A DNA stretch of 63,666 nucleotides from Cirrosporium novae-zelandiae. Its lineage: Eukaryota. Positions within the stretch are counted from its first letter, which is position 1, and the number at the start of each line of letters is the position of its first letter. The notes beneath the pieces are model-generated. The model did no database searches. It saw only the letters and a program-made list of their open reading frames with translations, and was not told the DNA's origin. The stretch covers positions 620,001-683,666 of the forward strand of contig JAPETS010000014.1 of NCBI GenBank assembly GCA_026023565.1. The letters are read 5' to 3'. Positions 24,701 to 37,218 of this stretch are shown in pieces. Made by a program: the position numbers and the translations under genes.

Positions 24701-25542
24701 GGTACAGGTGTCTGATCCCATCGAGATCTTTTGGTCTTCACTTCGGGGGTTTTTGAATCATCTTCAACAGGGGCCTCTGAGGAGACATCCCATCTCTTCT
24801 TCCTCTTACGACCAGAAACAGCCGTGGCTGAACCAGCCTCGCGGTTCTCTTTGTCGCTGTGATCTTCGTGCTTTAGGTTGGCCTCATGGTGCATGACTAC
24901 ATCCTCTCCATTCGAATCCTTTTCAGTAATAAGCCTCTTAATCCGCGCTTCTTCGCGTTCCAATTCCCGTTCGGCCATAATTTCTCGATAGCTTTGGCCG
25001 CCATCTTGCTCCGCGTTATTCTGGCGATTCGCTGCGAACGGATCGGCGCGTGTTGGTGTAAGTGCACTTCGATCGAGTCGTCGTTTCTGGTAATCAGTTT
25101 CTCGAGATGCGATCTGGGCCAGTTTCTCGCGACCAAGTAGTATATCTTCCTCTTCAGTTCCATTTCCGTGTGCAAACTCATTCATCTGAGCCTTTGTGGC
25201 TGTATATTGCCCAACTAGCCTCCCACCATCCCCGGTCGTATCTTCCATTTCTTCATCTTCGCCATCAAGCGCGATGGATGTGTTGTAACCAGCAAACTTA
25301 TCAGCGCCAGAACGATCGTACAAAGCAGTATCGAAAGATTCAGTCAGGGAAGCCTTTGTCGAATTGTCAGTGCGCTGGTTGGTAGGATCAAAGGTTTTTG
25401 AACCTTTCTTTCCAGCGGCTGCTGCATTTCGCTCCGCCTGGAGGCGTCTGATGGTCTCAAAATCGGCTGTGTTAAACATGATCAGCATTTCATCACCAGA
25501 ACTTCGAGCCTTGAAAGTTTTGTATAACTTACCGTCAGACAT
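21787..25542 (-). CDS. SF3B1: U2 snRNP SF3b subunit 1 (Hsh155/Prp10)
   Basis: ATG 25542, intron 25532-25467 gives [16 protein letters not shown] motifs RWDV, RWDQTP, RWDQAP. HEAT region [33 protein letters not shown]. Confidence 0.98.
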   Translation of the reverse strand: MSDGKLYKTFKARSSGDEMLIMFNTADFETIRRLQAERNAAAAGKKGSKTFDPTNQRTDNSTKASLTESFDTALYDRSGADKFAGYNTSIALDGEDEEMEDTTGDGGRLVGQYTATKAQMNEFAHGNGTEEEDILLGREKLAQIASRETDYQKRRLDRSALTPTRADPFAANRQNNAEQDGGQSYREIMAERELEREEARIKRLITEKDSNGEDVVMHHEANLKHEDHSDKENREAGSATAVSGRKRKKRWDVSSEAPVEDDSKTPEVKTKRSRWDQTPVPGGAIDEEGSKRRSRWDQAPSLTASTPVGQAGLATPIHSSQAPMVPMAFGTDISSRNAPLSDEELDLMLPSEGYKILEPPPGYAPIRTAARKLMSTPAPMASVNGIGGFMMQEPESGRALGKQLPTEIPGVGDLQFFKAEDMAYFGKLVDGADENSMSVDELKERKIMRLLLKVKNGTPPMRKTALRQLTDNARQFGAGPLFNQILPLLMEKTLEDQERHLLVKVIDRILYKLDDLVRPYVHKILVVIEPLLIDQDYYARVEGREIISNLSKAAGLASMISTMRPDIDHVDEYVRNTTARAFAVVASALGIPTLLPFLGAVCRSKKSWQARHTGVKIVQQIPILMGCAVLPHLKGLVNCIADNLSDEQAKVRTVTSLAIAALAEAANPYGIESFDDILNPLWTGARKQRGKGLAGFLKAVGYIIPLMDEEYANYYTSQIMEILLREFSSPDEEMKKVVLKVISQCASTEGVTAGYLKEHVLQDFFKSFWVRRMALDKRNYRQVVETTVDLGQKVGVGEIVERIVNNLKDESEAYRKMTVETVEKVVASLGAADISERLEERLIDGMLFAFQEQSVEDIVLLNGFGTVVNALGTRCKPYLPQIVSTILWRLNNKNANVRQQAADLISRIALVMKQCGEDALMGRLGIVLYEYLGEEYPEVLGSILGALRSIVTVVGINSMQPPIKDLLPRLTPILRNRHEKVQENTIDLVGRIADRGPESVNAREWMRICFELLDMLKAHKKGIRRAANNTFGFIAKAIGPQDVLATLLNNLRVQERQSRVCTAVAIGIVAETCAPFTVLPALMNEYRVPELNVQNGVLKSLSFLFEYIGEMAKDYVYAVVPLLEDALIDRDQVHRQTAASVVKHIALGVVGLGCEDAMIHLLNLLLPNIFETSPHVIDRIVEAINAIRMAVGPGVVMNYVWAGLFHPARKVRQIYWRLYNDGYVQSADSMVPYYPRMEGVGLDRPELAIVL

Positions 25543-26115
25543 GATGGCCGTCAAAGGGATTAAACCGTTGCCAGAGTCATTCGAGATCAATTTGTCGGAT
25601 TGCGACTTTCGATTAGGGATTTAAGGATCGAAGACAGAAAGTAGGTGTTAGTTAATAATGATGAGGAGACGGGATTCGAACTTGGTCGCAAGCAGTGGAA
25701 ATTGCCGTCGCGGTTGACTTAGCGCTGCAGCTTAAGTATGACTAATCATCCATGGCTAACCTATTTAGATGTAGACCATAACGTCAATATGAACCTTGTA
25801 TTGTACGCTTCATTAGACATATCAAGTACATTCAATGTAGAATAAAGCGTATGGGTTTGACGTAGTACATGGGAGGACACAAGCCTACCTTTTACCTTGA
25901 TTGGGTGGTCACATAGACTAGCTCTTCTGGATGCATGTGGGGTTGTTGCATGACAACTCATATTCAATCCCTTGAGGCGGGCTTCACTGCCTACAAACGC
26001 CTTTAATTCAATAACAGTTAATAAAAAGAGCTCAACATTATATTTAATTTACCTAGATACTCAAAAGGTCTTGAACTCTTATCCATAGAGAACTGGGCAA
26101 GTCGACTCTGACGAG

Positions 26116-27275
26116 ATGGCTTTCTCTCTCGCATTATCATTTTCAATTATAGGAACGCTGGCAAGTTGTCCAACCCCATCAAAGACAAGAATTCTAGAGG
26201 TTTCTCATGTTAGACGCAGATCCTTCTAGCCTTGACAGCAATTGGGATGTAAGTATTTTATAATCGCCACAGTTGAAGTTCTTTCCAAGAGGGTCAATGC
26301 CTCATTGCTTGGTATTTCAATTAGCTGATATGACATGAGCTTTATAGCTATGCCACTAATACCCTTATATCCTATTCCATTCCAGTCAGCCGTGTTCTCG
26401 GGATCCTCACCACACTCTTACCTATCCTTTCCTTGATGCGAACTTATATCCTCCGCCCAGCCTTCCTCAAGAATACCATTCCACATCATGTCTTTCTCCA
26501 AGCTCCAAGTAGCTTTCCCCCACGTGCCTTTCATCTCACCATAACCACTATCCTTCTCCTCTTCTCCACTGTCCTTACAACATTGCTATCGACCCACCTT
26601 CCTCCAAACGATACCAATGTTTGTACGCTCAGCAATCATTGGCGTAATCTATTCAGCGCCAAAAATGATCGTTCCATTCGCCACATCCAAGACTCGTTAG
26701 CGTGCTGCGGGTTAAAGAATTCTCACGATATGGCCTGGCCGTTTCCAGCCAAGGGAGTTAGCGCCGACGCTTGCGAAAAAATGTTCCCTGATCGAAAATC
26801 GGGATGTTTGAAAGGGTGGATGGGCTTCGAACGACAAGAAATGGGGCTTCTATTTATGGTAGGGTTTGTGGTAGCCGTGGGCGAGGTAAGTATTGTCGAT
26901 ACAAACTTGATAACCGTACTCCAGAAGATTAATGAAATTTAACAGCTCTTTGTGCTATTTATGACTCTACGTACACGACCTTCATGGATAGAAGACCTTT
27001 TCAGTTCTCGGAATAGAAATGGTTATACTATTACTGAGGAAGACGATGGAGGCGATGCCGAGGCTGGAGATTCCAGACCTATAGGGAAAAATCGCAGAAT
27101 CCAAAGTGCAACCAGAAGCCATGATGATGAAGATGGAGACGAAGCATCTGGTGAAAATCCAAGAGCTGTTGCGAATGGGGGTGATCATCATGAGGAAACA
27201 GATGGTGAAAATCGCAGCGGACATGTTGTGCCATCCGGTTTGTTGCCAGATAGGAACGAATGGCGGAACCAATAA
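26116..27275 (+). CDS. Fungal tetraspanin, Tsp3-like
   Basis: Exons 26116-26160, 26220-26248, 26348-26885, 26946-27275 join in frame. Four hydrophobic segments, an extracellular loop with IQDSLACCGL..DMAWPFP..ACE..GC, and an acidic C-terminal tail. Confidence 0.75.
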
Positions 27276-29648
27276 TGGTGAGAATGAATCTTATGAACCT
27301 ACCCTCTAGGGTGTTGAGCGACGACAATGGTGGAGGAATTCAAAAAGTATGATGAGCAAAATTTCAAGATTTGAGCGTTAGGAATCGTAATAGCACACTT
27401 TAGTAACAAAAACAATACTTTTCACTATATCCCTCCATTCGTGTAAACTGAATGAAGTAGCTAAGCAGCGCAAGATGGGTAAAGGAATGTCCTATATTCA
27501 AGATTCTAAATTGCTAGAAGCATCACAATATCACAACATCACTTGTCCAGCACTATAAATTATCATTAATAACCTTGTAAAGTCTCCACCACTTACTTTG
27601 ATATTGCAAATACTTTAAACAATATAAAAACCACCTTCAAACCTTTATCAGCGCATCGAGTAACATCCACCAAAGATAGCAGCCATCACTACTAGAACAG
27701 AAAAAGAAAAAATGTGCAAGATAACCACCTTCGAATGCACAAGATGCGAGGGATATAAGAGAACGTACCCCATGCGAGTTCGCTCGTGGAAGGAGAGTCC
27801 TGGGGGCCCTGTAGGATGGAGCGTGAAACTGACCACGAGACACGCTGCCAATTATGCAAATTGAAAGAGTGAGAGCGACGGAATGGTCCATCAGTTGGGA
27901 ATACAGTAGCTGACGATGACAAAGCTTCGTGCGTAGGTGCCGCGGCCACTAAACCAATTCCGATAGAGGTACCATGCTGTAGGATTCAATATCTAGTTGA
28001 GCATTCCTTCCAAAAGGCGAAGTATGGATGTTTTTTTTGGAGTCTGGGGGTTATTAAGTTGGTTAATAGATAATCTTTAAGGGATTGCACCATCTCATGG
28101 CTATGCTGGAACTATGTCCTTTTTCATAAGCTTTTGTTGGGTTGTGCTAGATTCCTTGTCATGAGAAATTGCTCTTGGAAGCGGTGGACTGCTAACGGAG
28201 GGTGATTTTTTGAATTTTAGTATGTATATCATAATACTCTGGTCTAGACAATAAGTATTTTGTAATCACGTAGAGAGATTGAGAGAGGCTAGTTTGAAAG
28301 CTACAGGAAAGTAAAATAATTCATAACATATGGAGAAGGGGAGGTGGGCTTATTATTACCGGCCACAAGTCCGTTTCTACGCCCACTATGCCACTCGTAG
28401 GTGGTTTCTAGTAATGCTCTCACGTCACTTGCGGCAAAGCGAGAGGCACGCTCTCATTGACGATTTCCACATAGAAGTAAGCAACTACTGGAAAGAGTCA
28501 GTCGTGTATGGTGGCTGTTCCTTCGTTCCAAATGGAACAGATAACTAACATTGAGTCCAAACATACACACCTTCTAATAAAACGATGGGTTGTCACCATC
28601 AGATTTGTCAAGGCAGTGTCCTCCAAAGGCGCGTACGTGATATAACATCGATATTTTGCGGCGGCGTAGTACTGGACAATATATACAACCCAAAAAAACA
28701 GCAAGGTAGAAAGCAAATTTTCACTTAGGAACCTGAGAAACTATCGAACCAGCAACACGTTTTCGACGTTTTTGAAGCTAACCTTGAGGTCGGGCAATTA
28801 TCTTGGGTTGGGTGAGTTCTGCCACGTTGGATTTCATATTCTGTGCCATGTAAGCGCCATTGATGCATTTTCTCCGCACTCGAGTTTAAATTTAAACGCG
28901 ACCATTCGGCGACTTGGCTATGCTTGGTTGGCGTGGTGGGGCTCTGGTTAGTTTACAGTAGCGGCTTTGTAATTAAAGATCAAAGGGCGATTGAGTACTA
29001 TACTATACATGTACAAACGAACCTGAAATTAATTAGGATTGGTATAAATATGAATATGAGGATGAATACCACAAATATAAAATAATTGTATTCTTATTAT
29101 GAGAGAACACATGTCACGCCCTCCACAATTTCTCCTAGCAAAGAGTGAGCCAAGTTGGGGAAAATCCGTCAGGAAGACTGAGGCCGCTCACACCTGCGGC
29201 ACAGTTTAGGTTGAAACAATTTTAGCGTTTTAGCGTGTTTAGCGACGATAGCGCTGAGCTTCTCCAAAAATAAGATTCCCTCGGACGTACATCAACCGCA
29301 ACTATACTCATTATCTATTCTTGTAACACAAAACTCATCTCCCAGATGACTCTGCCCAGCATGCGCCATACACTATGGAAGCATACGACTAATGCAATAT
29401 CGCTTGCATCGTTGATTTTGGATCCTATCAATAAGCACCATATCAGCACTATACACATCTAACTATACATACATACATATATATATACCTACATAATACA
29501 CTTACTTTTCTATATCTAACTTTCCCATCAGTTCATCTTTGATCTACATATCATCTTTCCAGTTCTTCTCATTTAGCATATATACATCTCCTTTCTTTCG
29601 TCACTTACGAAGTTTACGAATCTCTTCCGTCGTATATAGTCTTTCATC

Positions 29649-30479
29649 ATGCACTTCTTCGCTGTTGCTCTTTCCGCGCTGTTACCCACAGCCATCCTTG
29701 CCCTACCCACAGGCCAGGCTCTTCCACCAACCAAAAGCTATCCTGCACGGCAAGCATCCGTTTCTACATCTTGTGATCTTTCCAATGTTCAACTTCCCTT
29801 CAATGCCAGTTAGTACTCATGAACATTCTTCTACCATGTCTTCTCATACTGACAACCCTCCAGCCTCACCCGAACTCACTGGCATCTCGGCAGGACTTAG
29901 CCTAAAGAAAGTAGTCATCGGCCAAGGAACACAGAACTACACCTGCTCTTCGGCTACAGCGTCCGAGACTCCTAGCGCGGTTGGTGCTGTGGCAACATTC
30001 TACGATGCCTCCTGTCTTGTCTCGACGGATGGGAGCTTACTTAGCCAACTTACCGGAGGCCTCGTCGAGTTCTCTAGCACCTCGAGCAAGGTACTTGCCA
30101 TAAGTGAGGTTCTCAACGAGGACTTGGTGATTGGACACCACTTTTTCGAAAATCCGAAAACGCCAGTGTTTGATTTCCGAATGGCCGATGACAAAGATAT
30201 TCTTATAGCGGAGAAGACAGATGATGTGGATGCACCAAGTGGTTCCGTCTCGGGCACCAACGGAGCAGTAGATTGGCTCAAGGTTACGTCAAAGAGCGCT
30301 GACAGCGTTGGACTTACGGTAAGCTTTCTCTAAGATTGTCCATGTTAAGAGACCACTAACAGGCTCACTAGGAGGGTTACCGAATCTTTACTGCCGGTGG
30401 ATCACCCCCCACAACATGTGAAGATCAAGACTCGGACTTCACGGTTTCATATGCTGCCGAATATTGGTTCTATGGATAA
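29649..30479 (+). CDS. DUF3455/DUF1996-like secreted protein (family often mis-annotated as malate dehydrogenase)
   Basis: Signal peptide MHFFAVALSALLPTAILALP. Introns 29809-29863 and 30319-30371. Motifs IGQGTQNYTC, AVGAVATFYDASC, GHHFF..TPVFDF, GAVDWLK, YRIFTAGGSPP..C...VSYAAEYWFYG. Confidence 0.88.
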
Positions 30480-31036
30480 TTTGATGTTTGATATGTGAAG
30501 CCAGTGCAAATTGCCCATTACCTAATGACCCTGTGATTAAAGCCCAAGGATACCATAGTTTGTTTATGTTAATTTGGTACATAAAATATTGTTCATAGAT
30601 ATATAATAGTACAAATGAGTGCAATCTTCCAACATCTAGTGCAGCAGTGTCAGCCTTGCACTGTAATAAAGGGGACTAAGGAACCTGCTCATGCCTAATT
30701 GCTTTACCACATTCTAAACCCCATTGCATCGAGCCCCAATTTATCTCAATGCCGATGCTTGCATGTATAAGGTGTGCATGAAGGCTATGATGCGCTTGGC
30801 AGTGGTTAATCTAGAAGTCTTCATGCAAGTAGACCTTCAGCAAGCGCACCTGTTTTACAAAATCATCACTCTCCGCTCCATTTCCTTGTCCATTATTTTC
30901 CATTGCCAAATCTGCTTAGGTAGTATACAACGGCCACAAAAGAATAGCCACCTATTTTTGGGGAAGTGCAAGAAAGAACTCTGACTAGCTTGGATGGGAA
31001 TCCTAGTACCATACGGCATAATTAGTCCATCACAGC

Positions 31037-33045
31037 TTACCAGGCATTGACTTCAAAGTTTTCCTAGGATACATTAGTCAGTATTAATATTTGAAAAACA
31101 CCGAGGGACCAATGATATACCTCGGAGAAATAGGTAGTCACGACAGTTCGGTCTGCAAATTTCCTGCCAGCAAGAGCACGTAAAGCTTTACCAGCTGATT
31201 CCGGCGAATCAAACTTGATGAATATTTTGCCAACTCCAGAGGATTGTCGGCTTCCTCCAGTTGGTCTGGGGATTTTCATATCAAGAACCTTGCCAAATTT
31301 ACTACATTCATCCTTTACATCTTCACAAATTTCTAGAAAGCGTCAAGTTAGCGTAGAAAACGAAAATAGGTTTGAGGAACATGCCTTCGTAATCTTCATT
31401 GTCCATCAGTTCTTCCGCTGTCACCATGTTCAATAGTTGTAGAACCCTAGTCTCATCGTGGTCGTTTGAGGTTGTTCCGGCAAACATGGACATGGCATTA
31501 ACACCCATTTCTAAACCAGCAACCTGCGTAGCGCCAATACTAGCTCGTTGTACTTTCAACTGCATCTCTCCCAAATCCATACCATTCAAACCTTCAATTG
31601 CCATGTCTGTAGCATTCGGGTCCACGTATTCAGCAAAGGCTATGCCCTAGTCAAAGTCAGCATGAACCAGAAGTATCACTTTGCGAGAAACCTACCCGTG
31701 ACTCTTGGGTGTCATTATCTTTGACCAGAACGAATGCCTTCAGTTTGCCGAAAGGTTCTAAAAGCTCTGTGACCTGTTCCTCGGTAAGATATATTGGCAT
31801 ATTTGAAATGCACAACTTATTAGGACTATCAGGAACGGTGGCTGAAAGAACACCCTCGTCTTGTTCTGTTTCTGTGCTCGCGGAGGGGACGATGTAGTCC
31901 TTTGGCCTATGAGTCTTGATACCCTGGCTAGCGCCATTCGAGGTGCCATTCTGATGACCATCATCTACCAACTTGGCACCATCGTACGCAAGAGCAAGTG
32001 TGGCATCGGAAGGGGTCTTGAATTCCAGCATAGCGAATTCTTTGTCATGGGCAAACTGAGCGGAAAGGCAAGGATCGGGCCCTTGTACAACATTGAGTCC
32101 ATTCATATTGAGATTGAAGAATTCAACAAGACTCTCCTCTGTGGCCATAGGAGGAAAGTTTGTCACAAATAGACGTCTTGACTGTCGTGCATTCGATGGC
32201 TTCAGAGCAGCATTATCGGCAGATCCCATGGGCTGATTGATAAAAGCTTGTAGACGGCTGGGATCCATCGGTTGTTGTCGAGGTGCTCCTGGGAGAGGAA
32301 ACATGCCTAGAAGAGGACACATCAGCATCGAAACCATGATGAGAAGCTAATAACATACCAGATAGCTTGGCCTGCTCGGCGGTGACATTTTCATAACCAG
32401 GGGGTTTAATATCCCACTGGGTCAAACGTCTCTTCTTATCAAGAATCGAAACAATATTTGTCAGGTCTGGAGTTGGTTCTCTTTTCTTGGGGGGAGGTGT
32501 CGCGCTCTTCTTTCTCTCCCTCCCACCGGCTGGATCTCGCTCCCTTCCACCGCGCCTCCCTCCTCGATCATCAAACAAGTCGCCGCGATCGCGTCGCCTG
32601 GAGCCGCCGTTATTTGTCTCATCATCATCCCGACGGAACTCTCTTCTACGGTCTCCGCGATCCCGATCCCACTCTCGGTCATCACGACGTCTGGAGTAGC
32701 GATCCTCCCGTTCCCGTGCCTGATAGTCTCGGCTGGATGAGTAAGTATCAGGTTCGTGGTCGCGGCGCGAGGGTCGATCCCGTCGGTGGCCAGGAGATCT
32801 TGAACGTCGACGTTCTCGATCTCTGTCGCGATCCCTACGGTCATCTCTCTCTCCACCTGCTCCACCTCCACGAGATGACTGGGAATATTAGAGGAAAAGT
32901 TTTTGATAAAGCTTCGAATGACTTACATAATGATCTCTCGAAGATTGGTACCTCCCTGGCTCTGTAGTTATAGCTATTAGTAACATGTTATCCGAGGTTA
33001 GAAGCAATAGCGAATACCTCTCGTGGGATAACCGTCGATATTCAT
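31037..33045 (-). CDS. U2AF2: Splicing factor U2AF large subunit
   Basis: Multi-exon gene from ATG 33045 (MNIDGYPTR). RS/RD-rich N-terminus, ULM KKRRLTQWDIKPPGY, two RRMs, and a UHM ending ALAGRKFADRTVVTTYFSEENFEVNAW. Confidence 0.95.
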
Positions 33046-33491
33046 CTTGGCCTAAAAACTTGAATCCTTTCGGAATGCCGAAAGGTCTTCCAAGCTGAGT
33101 GAGAGATGATGAAATTCTTCTAACGATGCTTCTCGAATAAAGGAAAACAACAAAGATTGGATGTTCAGTTTCGGTATACGGGCAGAGTTGTTCCTCGATG
33201 TTTGGTGATGGGTTCGCGAAAAGTTGAGGCTGGAACTTTGAACTCAAGTTCAGCGAGAGAAACAGCAAGGGTTTCTTAGGAATCACCCTAAGCCAGAACT
33301 GGATTTACCCAGCACACCTTAGCTTTTCGCGCCCAGAGAACCCCAAACTTAACGCGTCCACCAAAATCGCGATGTCAATTAATTAATTAATTGTAAATGA
33401 TGACCATCTGAATCCCCACCCAACATTTTCACCTTCCATTTAGTCCCCCAAGAACCTATACTTCTAAAATCTCCAAAAATAAATATTCATC

Positions 33492-35076
33492 ATGACCACT
33501 GGTCTCAGAGTCACCGAATGGCGCAAGCTCCCAGTGAGCCTAACAGAATTATGCCTCAACACCACTCTCCGATGCGGCCAATCCTTTAGGTGAAAGCAAT
33601 TCAATTCTCCTCTCTCAGCGGCACGTTTGAATAACCTAAACAAATCTTTTCAGATGGAGACAATCAGATGAGAATGAATGGTCCTGCAGCCTTCACGGGC
33701 GCATACTCTCACTCCGCCAGGATCCCAAATTCCTACACTATCGCGCCATATTCCCATCATCGTCATCGTCGCAATGTGAAGCGGCCCCTCCAACCCCACC
33801 GCCATCAGTCCCAGTCTCAAGCAACGGCCTAGGAACTCCCACTACTACTACAAAAGAGGAAGAAGGCGATGACACCCCGAGCCTAATCCACCACTACCTC
33901 AACCTCACCCCCAACCTAACCAACCTCTACAAGCAATGGTCCTCGGCGGACCTAAACTTCAAAAAGAAAGCCCCCCAATTCACCGGCATTCGCATCCTGC
34001 AACAAGATGCCTGGGAAGCCCTAATCTGCTTCATCTGCAGCAGCAACAACAACATCTCTCGCATCTGCCAGATGGTGGACAAGCTATGCAAGCACTACGG
34101 GCCTCTGATCGGAACTCTCGATGGACATGCATACCATGATTTCCCCACCCCGGCGGCCCTCACAGGTTTAAAGGTTGAATCGCATCTCCGTGAACTAGGG
34201 TTCGGGTATCGCGCGAAATACATCTATAGGACTGCCGTCATGGTAGCCAACGAACGCCCTGAAGGATGGCTAGAGAGTCTGCGAAACCCAGACACCCTAG
34301 CATTTAACCAACCAAAAGCAGCACCCATCACCACAACCTCCACAAACTCCCCCACCACCACTACCCCCCCCTCCTCCTCATCCCGCCCCAGCTACCACAC
34401 CGCCCAAGAAAGCCTCCTCCAACTCCAAGGCGTCGGCCCTAAAGTCGCCGATTGCATCTGCCTAATGGGTCTAGGCTGGGGTGAAGCCGTCCCCGTCGAC
34501 ACGCACGTCTGGCAGATTGCACAACGGGATTACAAGTTCGGAAGGGGGAAGCACAAGAGTCTCACCAAGGCTACTTATGATGCCGTGGGCGACCATTTTC
34601 GTAGACTATGGGGGATGGAAGCCGGGTGGGCGCATAGTGTTTTGTTTACGGCGGATTTGAAGACGTTTAGGGGTGGAAAGAGTGGGATGGGTGAGAAGGA
34701 GGAGGTGGAGGTGGAGGTCAAAAAGGAGAAGGGGAAACGGAAGTTGGACATGGTTGATGATGAGGAGGAGGATGGTGTGAAGGTTGAAAATGACTCTGGA
34801 ACCGATAATAAGGAAGTCCCAATAACAACGAAGGGAACCAAAAAAAAGACCAAGACCAAGACCCTCCTCCATACCAAGACCAAAACCACACTCAAAACCG
34901 AAACCGAAACCAAAATCAAGAACGAAGATGAAGATGAAGATGAATCCACCACCTTCGCCACTAGCACAACAAAAATAGAAGAAACAGAAGAAGAAGAAAA
35001 GGAAATAGTAGGCGTAGAAGCACAACCAACAAATATGGGTGGGAGAAGAACCTCAAAACGGAGGAAACGGGTCTAG
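33492..35076 (+). CDS. OGG1: 8-oxoguanine DNA N-glycosylase/AP lyase
   Basis: Intron 33590-33653. TLRCGQSFRW, ILQQDAWEALICFICSSNNNISRI, LRELGFGYRAKYI, HhH-GPD motif LQGVGPKVADCICLMGL..VPVDTHVWQIA. Confidence 0.96.
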
Positions 35077-35099
35077 AAATCCAAGAAGCGGAAAAGAAA

Positions 35100-36400
35100 C
35101 ATTGAAATTATGTTTGTATATCTAGGTATCTATTTCCCAAAGCATGGAAGAGTGAGAGGGGGATGGGATATAGACACGGAAGGGGGGGGGATGAGATATA
35201 GAAGCAGAATTAACAAACCTAACAAACCAGGCTACCCAGAACAGAGCAAAGTAGAGCAAAGTAAAACTACTATCTACCTATCTACCTACCTACCTACCTA
35301 CCTACCTGTCCATCTATTAGATATACCATAGACTACATGAAATATCCTATCCTATCCTATCCTATTCCCTTCCCTTCCCTTCTCTTCCCTTCCCTTCCCT
35401 TCCCATCCCATCCCATTGCCTTGATTATACCCCCTCCTATGACTATAACATAACATCACATTACATAATTCCATACTCAGAGTAGGACTTAGTCTATCTA
35501 ATTATCTACTCAGTAACCCCCCACCGGGTGTAATTTTACAAAAAAAAATATCCAACTTCCCCCCCCTCAAAAACCAAAAAACTATGATGAAGATGGGATC
35601 TCAAAAAGGGAAAGAAATGTTTTTTGGGGAGTAATTATATCCGTAGGGGGGGTTAATTAATTAGGTTGTGTTGTGTTGGTTAGGCATTAGACATTACCCC
35701 ATCCATCCCATCTAATTATTAAACTCCTAGACTATCATATCTTCGATTCCAACTTCCACTTCTCCCTTTTCCCTTTTCCCAAACGGTCCCTTCCACCCCC
35801 CTCCCCCTGAAAGTTGGAGATGGATCGATCGAAGGATCTGTACTAATACTTACTCTAGGGGATTAGAGGTTAAATAATTAGCTACAAACAACCACTTAAG
35901 CGATCTAAACGACTTGTGGATTAAAAACCACCTTGGGAATAAATAGGCGAATGGATAGGTAGGATGTATTTATATAAGTTGTTTATGGCTTGTTGGTAGT
36001 TGTAGTAGTTAGGTGGTTTATTCCCCTTTCTTTTTTTTAATCATAGGTCGTATCCCTTCTCCTCCCATCCCTTCTCCTCTCCTCTCCTCCTTCCCTCCCC
36101 CCCCCAAAAAAGAAATATCCCAAAATCCTATAGTCCCTAAATTTTCCTAATCCCTTGTTTGAATTCCCAATCCCGAACCCCCAAGGCTCATTCATTTCCA
36201 TCCCCCCCCGAGCCCAATGCTAAGAATATCCAAATCCACATCCCTCATACAATGAATGCATCCTGTACTGTACCCCCCTATCCTATCCAATTCTATTCAT
36301 ACAATCCGGAGACCGTTTCATTTTGTAGGTCGCTTCGGATGTTTTTGTTCCCCCAACCCGGTATATACACATTCATTCGTTTGATTTTTTCTGATTTTTG
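35100..36400. repeat. Microsatellite / polypyrimidine tract region
   Basis: (CTAC)n, (CCTAT)n, (CCCTT)n, (CCCAT)n, (GTGTT)n and poly-C/G/A runs. Confidence 0.85.
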
Positions 36401-37218
36401 ATTTTTTTCCCTCTAAAGATTCCTTCCTTTGTATATCCGTAGTTCCTGGTGTTGCTAGGATTTTCGTAATCCAGCCAGTTATCTATACTTTGGTTTGGTA
36501 TTGGGATTGAGAGGGTGGCTGATTGGTGAGTGGGTAGGTCAAGAGGAAGGAGTTGAGGTGCCCATGTATAATCCATATGTTGTTGCATTTCTGTCTTCAC
36601 CGAGACTCCTCCTTTCCCCATCCACCATATGACCCTAGAACCATCTAGCCAATGCTGTTTTGGGGGGATCCCAACAAAAGCATATTGGATTAACATCGTG
36701 GTATGCCTATGCTTGGATGCGACGCGAGGTGTTCCGTCAATTGCTACCAGCGCATTTACTTTCCCCTGCTACGTACACATCTGGTTAGATTGTCTCCCGT
36801 ACACTATTCGATTTTGACATAATGATTCATATCCATCCGCGGAGGAGACATCCCACTCGTAGGTAGTATAGAGCCATGCATGCCATGTCATGCCCTGGGC
36901 ATGAGAGATTGAGTGTTGAATCGATCCCTCTATTTAAGCTTTTGTACACTTCAATCCATATTTTCTGTATTGCATCGAATTCTCTTCTAGGTTGGATGGG
37001 GCGATGAGACTCGCCAAATATCGTGCCACTATGATATGTGACTTGGCTCGACGAATTTGCTTGACCTTGGAATACTTGCTCGTTAGTCGTCCCAAGGCAA
37101 CCATCCAACAACCCTATTGGTTGTAAGTATACAACAAGGATCGAGAAGTTACTATTGATGAGATGGTCAAGTGCCATCTTGTAGAAGATCAACTTCAGTA
37201 CCGAAAGGAGAGATGACA

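Noticed and set aside
25660..25700. tRNA-like GTTCGAATCC (B-box) on the minus strand upstream of SF3B1
   Set aside because: The flanks do not form a T-stem and no cloverleaf can be drawn.
27637..28110. Short minus-strand ORFs between the tetraspanin and DUF3455 genes
   Set aside because: No convincing start, splice structure or recognisable motif.
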